Position numbers and translations under genes: made by a program. This document shows positions 1 to 9,927 of a stretch of 64,000 nucleotides of DNA, piece after piece. Source of the stretch: Bacteroidota bacterium (GTDB lineage: Bacteria > Bacteroidota > Bacteroidia > AKYH767-A > 2013-40CM-41-45). Under the pieces are notes generated by a model that had not been told where the DNA came from, did no database searches, and saw nothing but the letters and a program-made list of their open reading frames with translations. The stretch is taken from assembly GCA_016720655.1 (NCBI GenBank), contig JADKKE010000010.1:69042-133041 (forward strand), in the 5' to 3' direction. Numbering within the stretch: position 1 is the stretch's first letter; the number at the start of each line of letters is the position of its first letter.

Positions 1-108
1 GTAAAACTGTAAGGTTTAGTGCATAAATGTAGTTCAATTAATAGCCGAACATGCAACAAAAGAGCTTGGTTTTCACTAAAAAGATAAACAAAATAGTGTT
101 TAAAAACC

Positions 109-1284
109 ATGGCAACAACGAAGATCTTTGTGGTGGAGGATGACCAGTTCCTCGGTAACCTGATCAAAAAATCACTGGAAAAACTTGACTTCGCAGAAGT
201 CACACATTTTCTAAGTCCGGAAGAATGTATGAATCATCTTCATGAGAACCCTGACATTGTTACCATTGATTACCTCCTTCCCGGAATGAACGGGATAGAG
301 CTGATGGAAAAGATTAAAAATTACAACCAGGATATTCAGTGCATTGTAGTTTCCGGTCAGGAGAAACTTGATGTTGTGATTGAAACTTACCAAAAAGGAG
401 CAGTCGACTACATCATCAAAAACGATAATGCTCTGGTGAACCTCGAAAATTCCGTAAAGAATCTCTGTAAAACTGTAAAGTTAAAGCAGGAAAATGAAAC
501 GTTGAAGGATCAGGTCATTGACAGAAACAAGTATACGTCCATTCTTGGAAACAGCGGACCTGTCTTCCGCGTACTTCGCCTCATTCAAAAGGTAGAAAAG
601 AGCAATATTATGGTGCTTGTAACCGGACAAAGTGGAACGGGAAAAGAGCTTGTAGCTAAATCCATTCATTATAATTCACCACGCGCAAGAAAACCCTTTG
701 TGACAGTCAATATGGGAGCGATTCCTGCTGACTTGATCGAAAGCGAACTTTTCGGTCATGAAAAAGGAGCTTTTACTGATGCCCGCGATAAACGTATCGG
801 AAAATTTGAAGAAGCCAACGAAGGAACAATCTTCCTCGATGAAATCGGAGAAATGGATCTCTCTTTGCAAACAAAGCTGCTTCGTGTTCTTCAGGAAAAA
901 GAAGTAACACGAATTGGATCGAACAAATCCATCAAACTGGATGTTCGTGTAATTGCCGCAACCAATCGTAACCTGGCCCATGAAGTAAAGGAAGGGAATT
1001 TCAGAGAAGACTTATTTTATCGTCTCCAGGGTTTCCTGATTCAACTACCTCCTCTCTATGAGCGAGGTGATGATGTCATCCTGCTTTCAAAAACTTTCTT
1101 AAGTGATTTTTGCAAGGAAAACAAAATGCCACAAGTATCGCTTTCCAAAGAGGCTGCCAAATTTTTAATGGATTACAAATGGCCAGGAAACATACGCGAA
1201 CTGAAAGCGGTTATTGAAAGAGCTGCAATTATGTCTGAAAATAATGTAATTACTCCTGAAGATTTGGTATTCGCGAATTCCTAA
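109..1284 (+). CDS. Sigma-54-dependent response regulator with a receiver domain and a sigma-54 AAA+ activator domain but no C-terminal HTH DNA-binding domain
   Basis: The N-terminal receiver domain carries the phosphoacceptor region around IVTIDYLLPGMNG. It is followed by Walker A GQSGTGKE, a GAFTDA variant of the GAFTGA motif, and ESELFGHEKGAFT. The protein ends directly after the AAA+ domain at EDLVFANS. Confidence 0.85.
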   Translation: MATTKIFVVEDDQFLGNLIKKSLEKLDFAEVTHFLSPEECMNHLHENPDIVTIDYLLPGMNGIELMEKIKNYNQDIQCIVVSGQEKLDVVIETYQKGAVDYIIKNDNALVNLENSVKNLCKTVKLKQENETLKDQVIDRNKYTSILGNSGPVFRVLRLIQKVEKSNIMVLVTGQSGTGKELVAKSIHYNSPRARKPFVTVNMGAIPADLIESELFGHEKGAFTDARDKRIGKFEEANEGTIFLDEIGEMDLSLQTKLLRVLQEKEVTRIGSNKSIKLDVRVIAATNRNLAHEVKEGNFREDLFYRLQGFLIQLPPLYERGDDVILLSKTFLSDFCKENKMPQVSLSKEAAKFLMDYKWPGNIRELKAVIERAAIMSENNVITPEDLVFANS

Positions 1285-1304
1285 AATCATAAAAATGTTG
1301 TTGT

Positions 1305-1338
1305 AAAAACCTCTATGTTTTCATAGAGGTTTTTTTAT
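1305..1338 (+). terminator. Rho-independent terminator
   Basis: Hairpin cctctatg-tttt-catagagg followed by a T7 run, immediately after the stop of the preceding CDS. Confidence 0.6.
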
Positions 1339-1527
1339 TTTGGTTAACATTCATGCAATCCTTGAATACAATTGGGTGATATTTTCAAATTTGATGGACC
1401 TCAAATCCAAAAATCTTGTAAGTTCTTACGATATGGTTCATTTCTTACAAATGTAATGTGTGAGCGACTTCATCAAGAGCAAAAAACACCATGTTGCGTA
1501 GAAGAATAGTGTAGAAATTCCCTTGTA

Positions 1528-1845
1528 ATGAAAAAAATCAAAATCAGACTTCGTTCACGTCAGCGCCAGAGAGTATCCCGGCGAACAATCCTGATCCTGT
1601 CAACTTCCTGTTTTCTCCTGGTGAGCATCGGGATTACTTTGTATTTGAATTTTTCGCGAGTAGATGAAATGAGTGCAAAAGACGATACCCATTTTCAGGT
1701 TTTAATTGCCCCGGAATTTCAACCGGTGAATGAAAAATCACTCTCCGCCCCTCTCGTTGACAACCGTCTGAGTACAAATCCCAATGCGATTTACATACGA
1801 AAGGCAAAACCTTTACAAGCAACTACACAAGCTTCACTTCAATAA
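1528..1845 (+). CDS. Small membrane-anchored hypothetical protein with an Arg-rich N-terminus and one TM segment
   Basis: The N-terminus MKKIKIRLRSRQRQR..TILILSTSCFLLVSIGITLYLNF is paralogous to the N-terminus of the 5416..6768 product (basic stretch, TM segment, then YLNF). It lies 21 bp upstream of the large T9SS gene. Confidence 0.45.
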   Translation: MKKIKIRLRSRQRQRVSRRTILILSTSCFLLVSIGITLYLNFSRVDEMSAKDDTHFQVLIAPEFQPVNEKSLSAPLVDNRLSTNPNAIYIRKAKPLQATTQASLQ

Positions 1846-1866
1846 GCTTTAACTATCGGGATTCAA

Positions 1867-4800
1867 ATGTCAGGTATCATCGCTCATCTTTTTCGCAAAA
1901 ATTGCCTCTTGCTCGCAGGAGCAATTCTTTTTGCTTTGAGCAATGTAGAAGCTGCAACAAAAACATCTGCACAATCAGGAAACTGGACAAGTGCATCAAC
2001 GTGGTCGCCTTCCGGAGTTCCGGCGAATAGCGACAATGTCATTATCGCAAATGGTCATACTGTAACAATTGACAACAACAAGACAATACAAAATATTACT
2101 GTCAATTCCGGCGGGATACTCCTGTGGAATGCGGGTAAACGAATTACAATCAACGGAAATTTTACAGTCAACGGAACAGCGACAATGAACAAAGGAGAAA
2201 TCACACTCTCTTCTCCCGGACTTGCTTTTACACTGGGTCCGTCTTCATTTTTTACCTGGGATCCGGGAACAAATAATTCGACGAATGCAACGCTTTTCAC
2301 CCGTGGTGCTGAAAGTTTTGCCTCAACAAGTACATTGATAATTAAAAACTGGTACAACTACACGCTGTCTCTTGGTTCTGTGATCACCGGAAATTTTGGA
2401 AACCTGATCATGAACAGTCCGGGCGGAAGTAGTTCTATCGTTGAATGGAACCAAAACAACCAATTCGAAACACATCAGATTCTTGGAACTCTGACTATTG
2501 ACCAGGGTTGGATTACACTGGATAAATCCGGAAGTATTTCTTCGACTTCAATCGGCAACATTGTTCTCACTTCAGTGAATTCTGCATTTTATGGCCATAG
2601 CGGAACTCACCTTGGATCGTTTTCAATTACTACCGGTTCCGTTACGAACAATGGAGGAATATTTTACGGTCTGAATAACGGAAATGGAAATGTCACTATC
2701 AATGTAAATGGAAATTTTACAAACATTGGAAATGTGAAAATCATTAATAACGGCGGTGTACTTGCAGTTGGAAATGGTAACGCGACTTTTAATGTGAGTG
2801 GCACTTACCTTCAAAGCACGGGAGATACACGAATAATTTACAATGTTACAACTCTATTGTCAGGAACATTTACGTCAACAATCAATGCACTCAGTCTGAC
2901 CGGCGGAATTTTCATGGGTCAAACCGGTTGTCATATTCTGGGCAGTACTTCCTCCCTGACTATTACAAATAATTGTACAATTAATTTTAGTTCAGCGGCA
3001 GATAAATTCCGATGCACTTCACTTTCAAGTATTGGAGTGGTTTTGAATAATGCAAAAGTAAATTTTACAGTTGGCGGCAACCTTGTTTTCTCCGGTCCGG
3101 GAGCTGCTGAATTTACAAGTTCCGCATCAGCCGGAATTGAAACCATCCAAATTGGAGGAAACCTCCAAATCAATAGCGGTGTTTTCTCTATGAACTATGG
3201 AACATCCGCTGCCTCACACGATTTGACACTCACCATCAACGGAGATCTTATTGTGAACGGTGGCACATCTTACTTGTCGAGAAACAGTGGCACAAGTGTC
3301 ATTACAATTGGTGGAAATATTTCCATTTCATCAGGAATACTTGCAGTGAAAGGTTCTTCCGGAAGCTGCACGTTCAATCTAACAGGAAACTTTCTTCAAA
3401 ACGGTGGTACATTCTACCTCCATAGCAATGGAACAACATTTACACCGAATCCAATCACGTTAAATATAAGTGGAACCTTTGCTCAGAGTGCCGGAACATT
3501 CTCGTTTGACGACAACACATCGAATTCGAGTGCTGTGCACATTTTGAATATTCTTGGATCACAATACAGCATCAGCGGTACAGGGATTATTACCCATGCC
3601 GGCTCGGGAAGCAGCACAGTATTTGGTCTCCTGCGATTTTCCGGTTCCGGCACACAAGTATACAGCCGAACAGGAAACACACATGCTTTAACACAAGTCA
3701 AAATTGAAATTGGGAGCAATGTTCAGATTGGAACCGGCAACCTGCTCATTGCCTCCGGAAATTCAGCGGGAACTGACTATTTGAAAATAGTAACAGGAGG
3801 TAAACTTGATCTCGGTTTAAATCAAATCATTTCAGAAGCAAGTTTTAGCAACTGTGGAATACAAGTTGATTCCGGAGGAACACTTTCAACGGAATCATCC
3901 TATGGACTTTACGATGGAACATCATCCGCATCTCTTGCTTCAACGGGAAATATGGATTATTTCCTTCATGCATCCGGTGTTATTGAATATACGGGAAACG
4001 GAAATCAGATACTCACCGGAACAGGAAATGGAATTGCGACAAGCATCAACCATCAATATGGAATTTTAAAAATAAATAAAAGTAATACGGCTTACGCCGA
4101 ACCGGTCCTTTCCAATGTCATTGTTCGAACGCAACTTCAGATGGAATCCGGTGAATTAAGGCTGAATGGAAATACTCTGACCATCTCCAACGGCAACAAT
4201 TCCGGAATCACCCGAAATAACGGATATATTTTTAGTGAAAGCGATGCCAGTTCATTAGTATGGAAGGACATGTCAGGCGGAATGCACGTTATTCCATTGG
4301 GATTGAATAGCACAACCTATCTACCTGTGTCAATCACCCCTACTTCCGGTTTTCCATCCGATGTACAAATTTCCACTCGTGGGACAGCAGCGGATAATAA
4401 GCCTTACCCTGCTGTCGCAGCAGCTGCTACCTCTATCAATTTATTAATGAATGGCCGAGACGGATCTACTGATGCTGTTGTTGACCGGTGGTGGAATTTC
4501 TCAGCTCCGGGACTAACTGCAAATGTCATACTCAGTTATCCGGGTACAGAAAACACACTTTCTCCAGAGCTATCGGCAGGAATGCTGAGCATGATGAGTT
4601 GGAACGGAAGCAGCTGGTCCTCGCCAAGAGGATCCGGTTTGGGAGTGAATTCAGGTGTTGGCACCCTTACTATAAACAATGCAACGCAGTTTTCACATTG
4701 GATCATTGCTTCTAATTCTGCGGCATTGCCAATAGAGCTCGCTTACTTCACCGCAAATGTCACCGGTAAAGAAGTATTGCTTAGTTGGGCCACTGCAACA

Positions 4801-5289
4801 GAAACCAACAATTCATTTTTCAATATCGAAAGAGGAACAGATGGGATTTCTTATGAATCCATTCAACAAATTAATGGTGCAGGGAACAGTACATCCTTTT
4901 TGACATATGGAGTTACTGATAAAAATCCGATTGAAGGCACATCCTATTACCGGTTGAAACAAACAGATTTTGATGGCAAATATTCTTATTCGAATGTCGA
5001 AGTCATCAATTACACTTCATCACTTGCAAATAAAATTCTGATTAACTCAATAGGTCCGAATCCATTCAAAGACAATTTTACCATACACTTTGCTACTGAA
5101 GCAGAGCAGGATGTGGAATTCCAGCTTTTGAGTTCATCCGGACAAATGTTGGAGAATAAAAAAATTCGTACGCACGACGGTATGAATCAATATGAATACA
5201 CAAATGGACAGAATCTTGAGAATGGCGTGTACTTTATTCAATTGATTTGTCAGGATCAGAAATTGAGCAGGAAGATGGTTAAGAATTAA
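1867..5289 (+). CDS. Large secreted adhesin-like protein of 1140 aa with beta-helix/Gly-Asn-rich repeats and a type-A T9SS C-terminal sorting domain
   Basis: It has a signal peptide (LLLAGAILFALSNVEA) and long degenerate repeats of the form GN/GG/NG. The C-terminal sorting domain reads ...LSWATATETNNSFFNIERGTDG...YYRLKQTDFDGKYSYS...GVYFIQLICQDQKLSRKMVKN. Confidence 0.8.
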   Translation: MSGIIAHLFRKNCLLLAGAILFALSNVEAATKTSAQSGNWTSASTWSPSGVPANSDNVIIANGHTVTIDNNKTIQNITVNSGGILLWNAGKRITINGNFTVNGTATMNKGEITLSSPGLAFTLGPSSFFTWDPGTNNSTNATLFTRGAESFASTSTLIIKNWYNYTLSLGSVITGNFGNLIMNSPGGSSSIVEWNQNNQFETHQILGTLTIDQGWITLDKSGSISSTSIGNIVLTSVNSAFYGHSGTHLGSFSITTGSVTNNGGIFYGLNNGNGNVTINVNGNFTNIGNVKIINNGGVLAVGNGNATFNVSGTYLQSTGDTRIIYNVTTLLSGTFTSTINALSLTGGIFMGQTGCHILGSTSSLTITNNCTINFSSAADKFRCTSLSSIGVVLNNAKVNFTVGGNLVFSGPGAAEFTSSASAGIETIQIGGNLQINSGVFSMNYGTSAASHDLTLTINGDLIVNGGTSYLSRNSGTSVITIGGNISISSGILAVKGSSGSCTFNLTGNFLQNGGTFYLHSNGTTFTPNPITLNISGTFAQSAGTFSFDDNTSNSSAVHILNILGSQYSISGTGIITHAGSGSSTVFGLLRFSGSGTQVYSRTGNTHALTQVKIEIGSNVQIGTGNLLIASGNSAGTDYLKIVTGGKLDLGLNQIISEASFSNCGIQVDSGGTLSTESSYGLYDGTSSASLASTGNMDYFLHASGVIEYTGNGNQILTGTGNGIATSINHQYGILKINKSNTAYAEPVLSNVIVRTQLQMESGELRLNGNTLTISNGNNSGITRNNGYIFSESDASSLVWKDMSGGMHVIPLGLNSTTYLPVSITPTSGFPSDVQISTRGTAADNKPYPAVAAAATSINLLMNGRDGSTDAVVDRWWNFSAPGLTANVILSYPGTENTLSPELSAGMLSMMSWNGSSWSSPRGSGLGVNSGVGTLTINNATQFSHWIIASNSAALPIELAYFTANVTGKEVLLSWATATETNNSFFNIERGTDGISYESIQQINGAGNSTSFLTYGVTDKNPIEGTSYYRLKQTDFDGKYSYSNVEVINYTSSLANKILINSIGPNPFKDNFTIHFATEAEQDVEFQLLSSSGQMLENKKIRTHDGMNQYEYTNGQNLENGVYFIQLICQDQKLSRKMVKN

Positions 5290-5296
5290 GAATTAA

Positions 5297-5352
5297 GAGT
5301 TATGAGTTATGAGTTATGAGTTATGAGTTATGAGTTATGAGTTATGAGTTAA
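5297..5352. repeat. Heptanucleotide tandem repeat (gagttat), about 7.5 copies, preceded by (aagaatt) x2 overlapping the stop codon
   Basis: Perfect tandem copies can be read directly in the sequence. The tract is C-free on the plus strand. Confidence 0.9.
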
Positions 5353-5415
5353 TTTATTATTCAGCAATTTAAGAACAGGGATACAAATCAACAATCATCA
5401 ATCAATATTCGTCTC

Positions 5416-6768
5416 ATGAAAAATAAACTACGCAACAGGAATCGGCAAAAAGCGAGAATGTCTACACGGCTAATGATTGTCCTGGCGACATTCTCGGGTG
5501 TGTTCCTTTTGACATTGGGCTGGTTAGTCTACCTGAATTTCGACAACCTGAGTAAAACCAGAGCTTCCGGCAATGGCGGCGAAGGCGGTGGAACCGCACT
5601 CAATACGACAGGTGAAATTCTGACGGAATTCACATGGGAAAAAAATCCTGTATCACTTGCCACCTTGGGTCCTGATGCAATAAAATGCAGCAAAGATGCA
5701 CATAGCATGAATGGCGGACGGTCCTCTACGAATGGTTTGTCTCCAGGACCAAATGGCAAAGATATCGACCTTGAATTTGAGGCCACAGAATTATTTAATC
5801 AGGAAGGAATAGACATCAGCATAGATTACAGGAGAAGTGAGCCCGGTGGTTCGTTCTTTAGCAGAGGAAACAATTTTAATTTCGGGATAGAAAATAATAT
5901 TTTGACCATCGCTTACCGTATTGAAAATGCAAAGGGAGGAAGTGAAATTGTGAAAGAGCGAACGAATTACGAAATACCTGATGACCCACTCTACCGTACG
6001 TATCGTTTCATTTATTCACCAAATTCAGGAAAAGCAGAAATATTCGTGAACAGTGTTGTTGTTTGGAGTCATCAGGGCCCCGGAAATGCGCCGCTGTCAT
6101 GGAAAAATGCAGGCAATATTGTGATCGGAAAAAACTTGAATGGAAATGGTGTAGACAAAGCCATACTGGATAATCTTGTTGTTCGCTCAACCGGATCGGT
6201 TTCTCCACTTGCAGAGTCTCTTTTGAATTTCATGCTTGAACCGAAAGAAGGAGTTGTCAAAGTTCATTGGTCAAGTTCTGCGAATGACAAAGTTGATTAC
6301 TACACAATTGAGCGATCCATTAATGGTGTTGATTTCGTTAATGTGAGTAATGTTAAATCCAATCCTCAGAAACCGGAAGGAGAAGAATACGAATACATCG
6401 ACAAAACATCTGCATCTACAAGTATTGTATACTATCGCTTAAGGCAAACATTCCTAAACGGAAAATTTGTAACACATCCACTTTCAGCAATCAAATTCAA
6501 AACAGAAAAAGATTTTGCGATAGAACGTGTGAATCCACAAATGTTTGACCACAGTTTCGATGTATCGTATTTTCTTCCGAAGTCAGGGAGAGTCTGGATG
6601 CAACTGAGTGATTCCAAAGGGAAAGTCATCAGTACTGAAACTTTCGAAGCACCACAGGGAAAAAATGTTCATGTATTCAAAGATCAATTGAACCTCGAAC
6701 ATGGAGAATATACGCTTCACCTGATTTTCGATAATAAAAAAATAAGCACGAAGGTGACGAAGGCATAA
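5416..6768 (+). CDS. Membrane-anchored or secreted protein with a Gly-rich linker, a beta-sandwich (LamG-like?) region and a type-A T9SS sorting domain
   Basis: The N-terminus is a basic stretch plus TM segment (MKNKLRNRNRQKAR..LMIVLATFSGVFLLTLGWLVYLNF), followed by GNGGEGGG. The C-terminal sorting domain reads ..VHWSSSANDKVDYYTIERS..YYRLRQTFLNGKF...GEYTLHLIFDNKKISTKVTKA. Confidence 0.7.
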   Translation: MKNKLRNRNRQKARMSTRLMIVLATFSGVFLLTLGWLVYLNFDNLSKTRASGNGGEGGGTALNTTGEILTEFTWEKNPVSLATLGPDAIKCSKDAHSMNGGRSSTNGLSPGPNGKDIDLEFEATELFNQEGIDISIDYRRSEPGGSFFSRGNNFNFGIENNILTIAYRIENAKGGSEIVKERTNYEIPDDPLYRTYRFIYSPNSGKAEIFVNSVVVWSHQGPGNAPLSWKNAGNIVIGKNLNGNGVDKAILDNLVVRSTGSVSPLAESLLNFMLEPKEGVVKVHWSSSANDKVDYYTIERSINGVDFVNVSNVKSNPQKPEGEEYEYIDKTSASTSIVYYRLRQTFLNGKFVTHPLSAIKFKTEKDFAIERVNPQMFDHSFDVSYFLPKSGRVWMQLSDSKGKVISTETFEAPQGKNVHVFKDQLNLEHGEYTLHLIFDNKKISTKVTKA

Positions 6769-6854
6769 ATCCTTCCATTCTAAAAGTATTTAAGCTTCGT
6801 AATAATCCGGTGACGATTTGATTTTATCGGGAACAGGATTTAATCGAATTCATA

Positions 6855-6900
6855 AAAAACAAAAGGGAAACAAATTTCTTTGCTTCCCTTTTGTCTTTTG
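6855..6900 (-). terminator. Terminator hairpin downstream of porE-like copy 1
   Basis: aagggaaacaaa-tttc-tttgcttccctt followed by a T-rich run on the minus strand. An identical element lies at 16655..16700. Confidence 0.5.
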
Positions 6901-6917
6901 TGTTGTTGGGGATCGGA

Positions 6918-8833
6918 TTATTTCTGTGTCATCTTGGTGACCTTAAATTCTGTTCTCCGGTTGGCCTGGTGCTGCTCTTCGCTACACTCCACACCATTGC
7001 TGCAGCCATTCACCAGCTGCGTTTCTCCGTAGCCTTTGGCAACCAGTCGATCAGCAAGGATGCCGTGCTTCACAAGGTAGTCGACGACCGATTCAGCCCG
7101 CTTCTGGGAGAGTGTCATGTTGTATTTGTCGTCGGCCCGCGAATCGGTATGTGAGCCCAGTTCTATCGAGATATCCGATTGTCACGCATGATTCCTACCA
7201 GTTTGTCAAGGCCTTCCGCTGCATCTGTACGGATATTGTATTTATCCAAATCGTAGTAAATGTTCTCCAATACTATCGGTTTGTTCACGATGATCTGTTC
7301 CATCTCCAGCTTGAGCTTGACAAACATATTCTCGCTCTGCTTCTTTCCCACCGTACTGACCGGTTCCGTATTGGTAAAGTAACTGTCCTTGCTCCCCATC
7401 ACTACATAGTCCGTCTCCGGGTTCAGCTTGAAGAAAAATTTTCCATCCGGACCCGTGGTGAAGAGTTCTTCTTGCCCGTCTTCTTGTTGGTCAGTTCAAC
7501 CACCACGCCCGCGAGCGGTTCCTGTGTCGATTTCTCAACAGCTATCCCTTCCAGGGTAAAGCGTAAATCATTCACCGTAAAGGCATAGATATTATCCTGG
7601 GTCGTATTCTTTGTGTCGCGGTTGCTCGATACCAATCCCGCCGTCCCGCTGTCGTTCAAGGCGATTCCAAAATCATCGTAACTCGTATTGAGCGGATAGC
7701 CCATGTTCTGCGGACGGCTCCAACTCCCTTCACTTTGCGTGCTGCTGAATACATCCAGTCCGCCCATTCCGTAATGGCCCTCTGAACTAAAATACAAGAT
7801 CGAATCCTGGAAGCTCATCGGGAAGAGTTCGTTGTTCGGACTGTTTACCGTTGGACCCAGGTTTTCAGGTTTGCTCCACGCTCCGTTTTCTTTTTTGCAA
7901 CGGTACACATCCGTGCTGTCTTGTCCGTTTGGCATGTCATTCACAAAATAGAGTGTGTTCCCGTCTTTGCTCAAACTCGGATGGCCCAAACTATAGTCTG
8001 CATTGTCGTAGGGAAAATCTGTGATGAAACGAAAGGTGCTGTCTTTCTTTATGCCCTGGCAGATCTTTAAGATCACTACATCGTCGTCAGACTTCTTCAC
8101 TTTCCGGGCCACATACGTATTCCGTGTGAAGTAAACAGTATCTCCTTTGCTGCTGAAGCTGGCCGGACCTTCGTGGTAGATTCCGTTCAGTTCTCCTTTG
8201 AGTAATTCCGGTGCGCCGTAATTCCCCTTCCCATTGTCTTTGGAATAATACAAATCCAAAAACGGACGGCCCGTCCACTGGTAGGTTTTCGTCGAACCTT
8301 TTGCCCGGGGTACGGTCGCTCACAAAAACGATTCCATCCTTGTACCACACCGGGGAGAAGTTACTCTGACCGCTGTTGATGCTGCTGCTCTGAAGTGTAT
8401 ACTTTGCACTATCGGCCTGCCACCGTGTAATGCTGTCGCAGGAACTCCGCATTTTGCGCGCGCTTTCATCGCCCGGCTGAGAGCCCAGGTATTGGTCAAA
8501 ATAATTTTTTGCCTGTTCGTATTTTCCGCTCCGCATCAGAAGCTGTGCATACCGAAGGCGGTGGATCGGCTGGACTTCTTTGAGTTGCATCACCTTTCCA
8601 TAGGCTTCCTCCGCCTTGCCCAAATTATTGGTCATCCGGTAACTCTCTGCCAGTTTGATCTGTCCTTCCGGAAAGTTTTTCTTCCCCAGCGCTTTCTGGT
8701 ATTCTTCGATCGCACTGCTGTAGGCCAGATCCCGGTACATCCGGTTACCCTGACGCATGTGATAACTTGCACAGCTACTCAACAGTACTACTACTGCTGC
8801 ACTCGCTGCAATTTTGGAAAAGTTCTTGATCAT
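6918..8833 (-). pseudogene. porE: PorE-like T9SS outer-membrane protein (TPR + PD40/TolB-like beta-propeller + carboxypeptidase-regulatory-like + OmpA_C), copy 1, broken into four ORFs by frameshifts
   Basis: The fragment ORFs 8087..8833, 7423..8259, 7163..7402 and 6918..7118 are collinear with the 510-aa copy 2. The N-terminus has a lipoprotein-like signal (LLSSCAS) and TPR repeats. PD40 motifs (WSKPENLGPTVNSPNNELFP) and an OmpA_C tail (SQKRAESVVDYLVKHGI...NRRTEFKV) are present. The indels relative to copy 2 are mostly at homopolymers. Confidence 0.7.
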
Positions 8834-8838
8834 ATTTT

Positions 8839-8942
8839 ATTTGTTCAAGGTTCAAAGTTCAAGGTTCAAGGTTGTTTTGAGTTGATGAGTTTGAGAGTTA
8901 GGAGTTAGCAACCGTCCCTCGTCCCTCGTCCCCCGTCCCTTC
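8839..8942. repeat. Intergenic short tandem repeats: (ttcaaggt) x4, gag-tt-rich units, and (cgtccc) x3
   Basis: The tandem units are visible directly. The copy at 18405..18500 has different unit numbers. Confidence 0.8.
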
Positions 8943-8944
8943 CC

Positions 8945-9874
8945 TTAAAAATAACGTGGCGTCTTGATCTTCATAATATCATATCCAAAATCATAGCCTA
9001 TCATGATCTCGTGAGAGCCGGAGCTGTAATCCTTGATATCGGTAAATGTAAAATCATAGCTGTAGCCCAAACGCAACTTCTTGCTCAGTTGCAATTCCAA
9101 AAGCGCGACAAAGCTGTCGCCTGTCCGGTAACTTCCGCCGATCCAAAGCGTGTTGGCAAGCAAGACATTCAGATTGAAGTCTGCTTCCACCGGTGCATTC
9201 TGTACATACTTCACCAGCACGCTCGGACGAAGAACTACATCCGGATGCACCGGCAATGCCACACCCACTGTCCCAAAGTAATGGCGCACCTGATGCGGGA
9301 TCACCTCGCCGCTATTCACATCGATACTCAGACTCTTGCTTGGATCATAGCTGATGATCGTAGGTACCGATAAGCCAGCATAAAATTTTTCAGTATACAA
9401 ATAGGCGCCTGCTCCAACGTTCGGCAGGAATTTCGATACCTGATCACCCGCAAAAGCCGGATCACCCGTATCCCAGTATTTTAAATCGCTGTTCTTATAA
9501 CTGTAATACCCGCCTCCGGCACGAAGTCCAACCGAGAGTTTCATCTTCGCTCCTACCTTCAGATGATACGCCGCATTCAGGTACGCATCCGTTCTGTCCG
9601 TCACCGCGATTTTATCATGGCTCAGCAATACGCCCCAGCCAAAATTCGTCAGACCCAAAGGACCGTGCAAAGAAGCAACCTGTGTCTCCGGCGCGCCTTT
9701 AAAATCAACCCACTGCTTCCGGTACAACAGTGTCGCCATCATGTACTCTTTGCTCCCCGCATACGCAGGGTTCAACAGCAAATGATTAAACATATACTGG
9801 CTCACAAGGATGTCCTGCTGCGCATAACCACTAAGGCCACTCAGGAACAGGACGATCGTTAGGATTCTTTTCAT
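8945..9874 (-). CDS. porP: T9SS membrane protein of the PorP/SprF family, copy 1
   Basis: Signal peptide followed by QQDILVSQYMFNHLLLNPAYAG...LLYRKQWVDFKGAPETQ, the hallmark N-terminus of PorP/SprF. The protein is 309 aa. It lies directly downstream of an adhesin with a type-B sorting domain. Confidence 0.9.
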   Translation of the reverse strand: MKRILTIVLFLSGLSGYAQQDILVSQYMFNHLLLNPAYAGSKEYMMATLLYRKQWVDFKGAPETQVASLHGPLGLTNFGWGVLLSHDKIAVTDRTDAYLNAAYHLKVGAKMKLSVGLRAGGGYYSYKNSDLKYWDTGDPAFAGDQVSKFLPNVGAGAYLYTEKFYAGLSVPTIISYDPSKSLSIDVNSGEVIPHQVRHYFGTVGVALPVHPDVVLRPSVLVKYVQNAPVEADFNLNVLLANTLWIGGSYRTGDSFVALLELQLSKKLRLGYSYDFTFTDIKDYSSGSHEIMIGYDFGYDIMKIKTPRYF

Positions 9875-9927
9875 GGGTTTTTATTCGCTCTGCAATTGTT
9901 TTGAAGGAGATGAAGCATGGATGTGAT

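Noticed and set aside
1867-5289. Calling the 1140-aa protein an autotransporter
   Set aside because: It ends in a T9SS type-A sorting domain, not a beta-barrel translocator. Only the passenger-like beta-helical repeat character is shared.
6891-7154. 87-aa plus-strand ORF, also present as 16688..16951
   Set aside because: It lies antisense to the porE OmpA_C domain. It appears conserved only because the whole 3 kb segment is duplicated.
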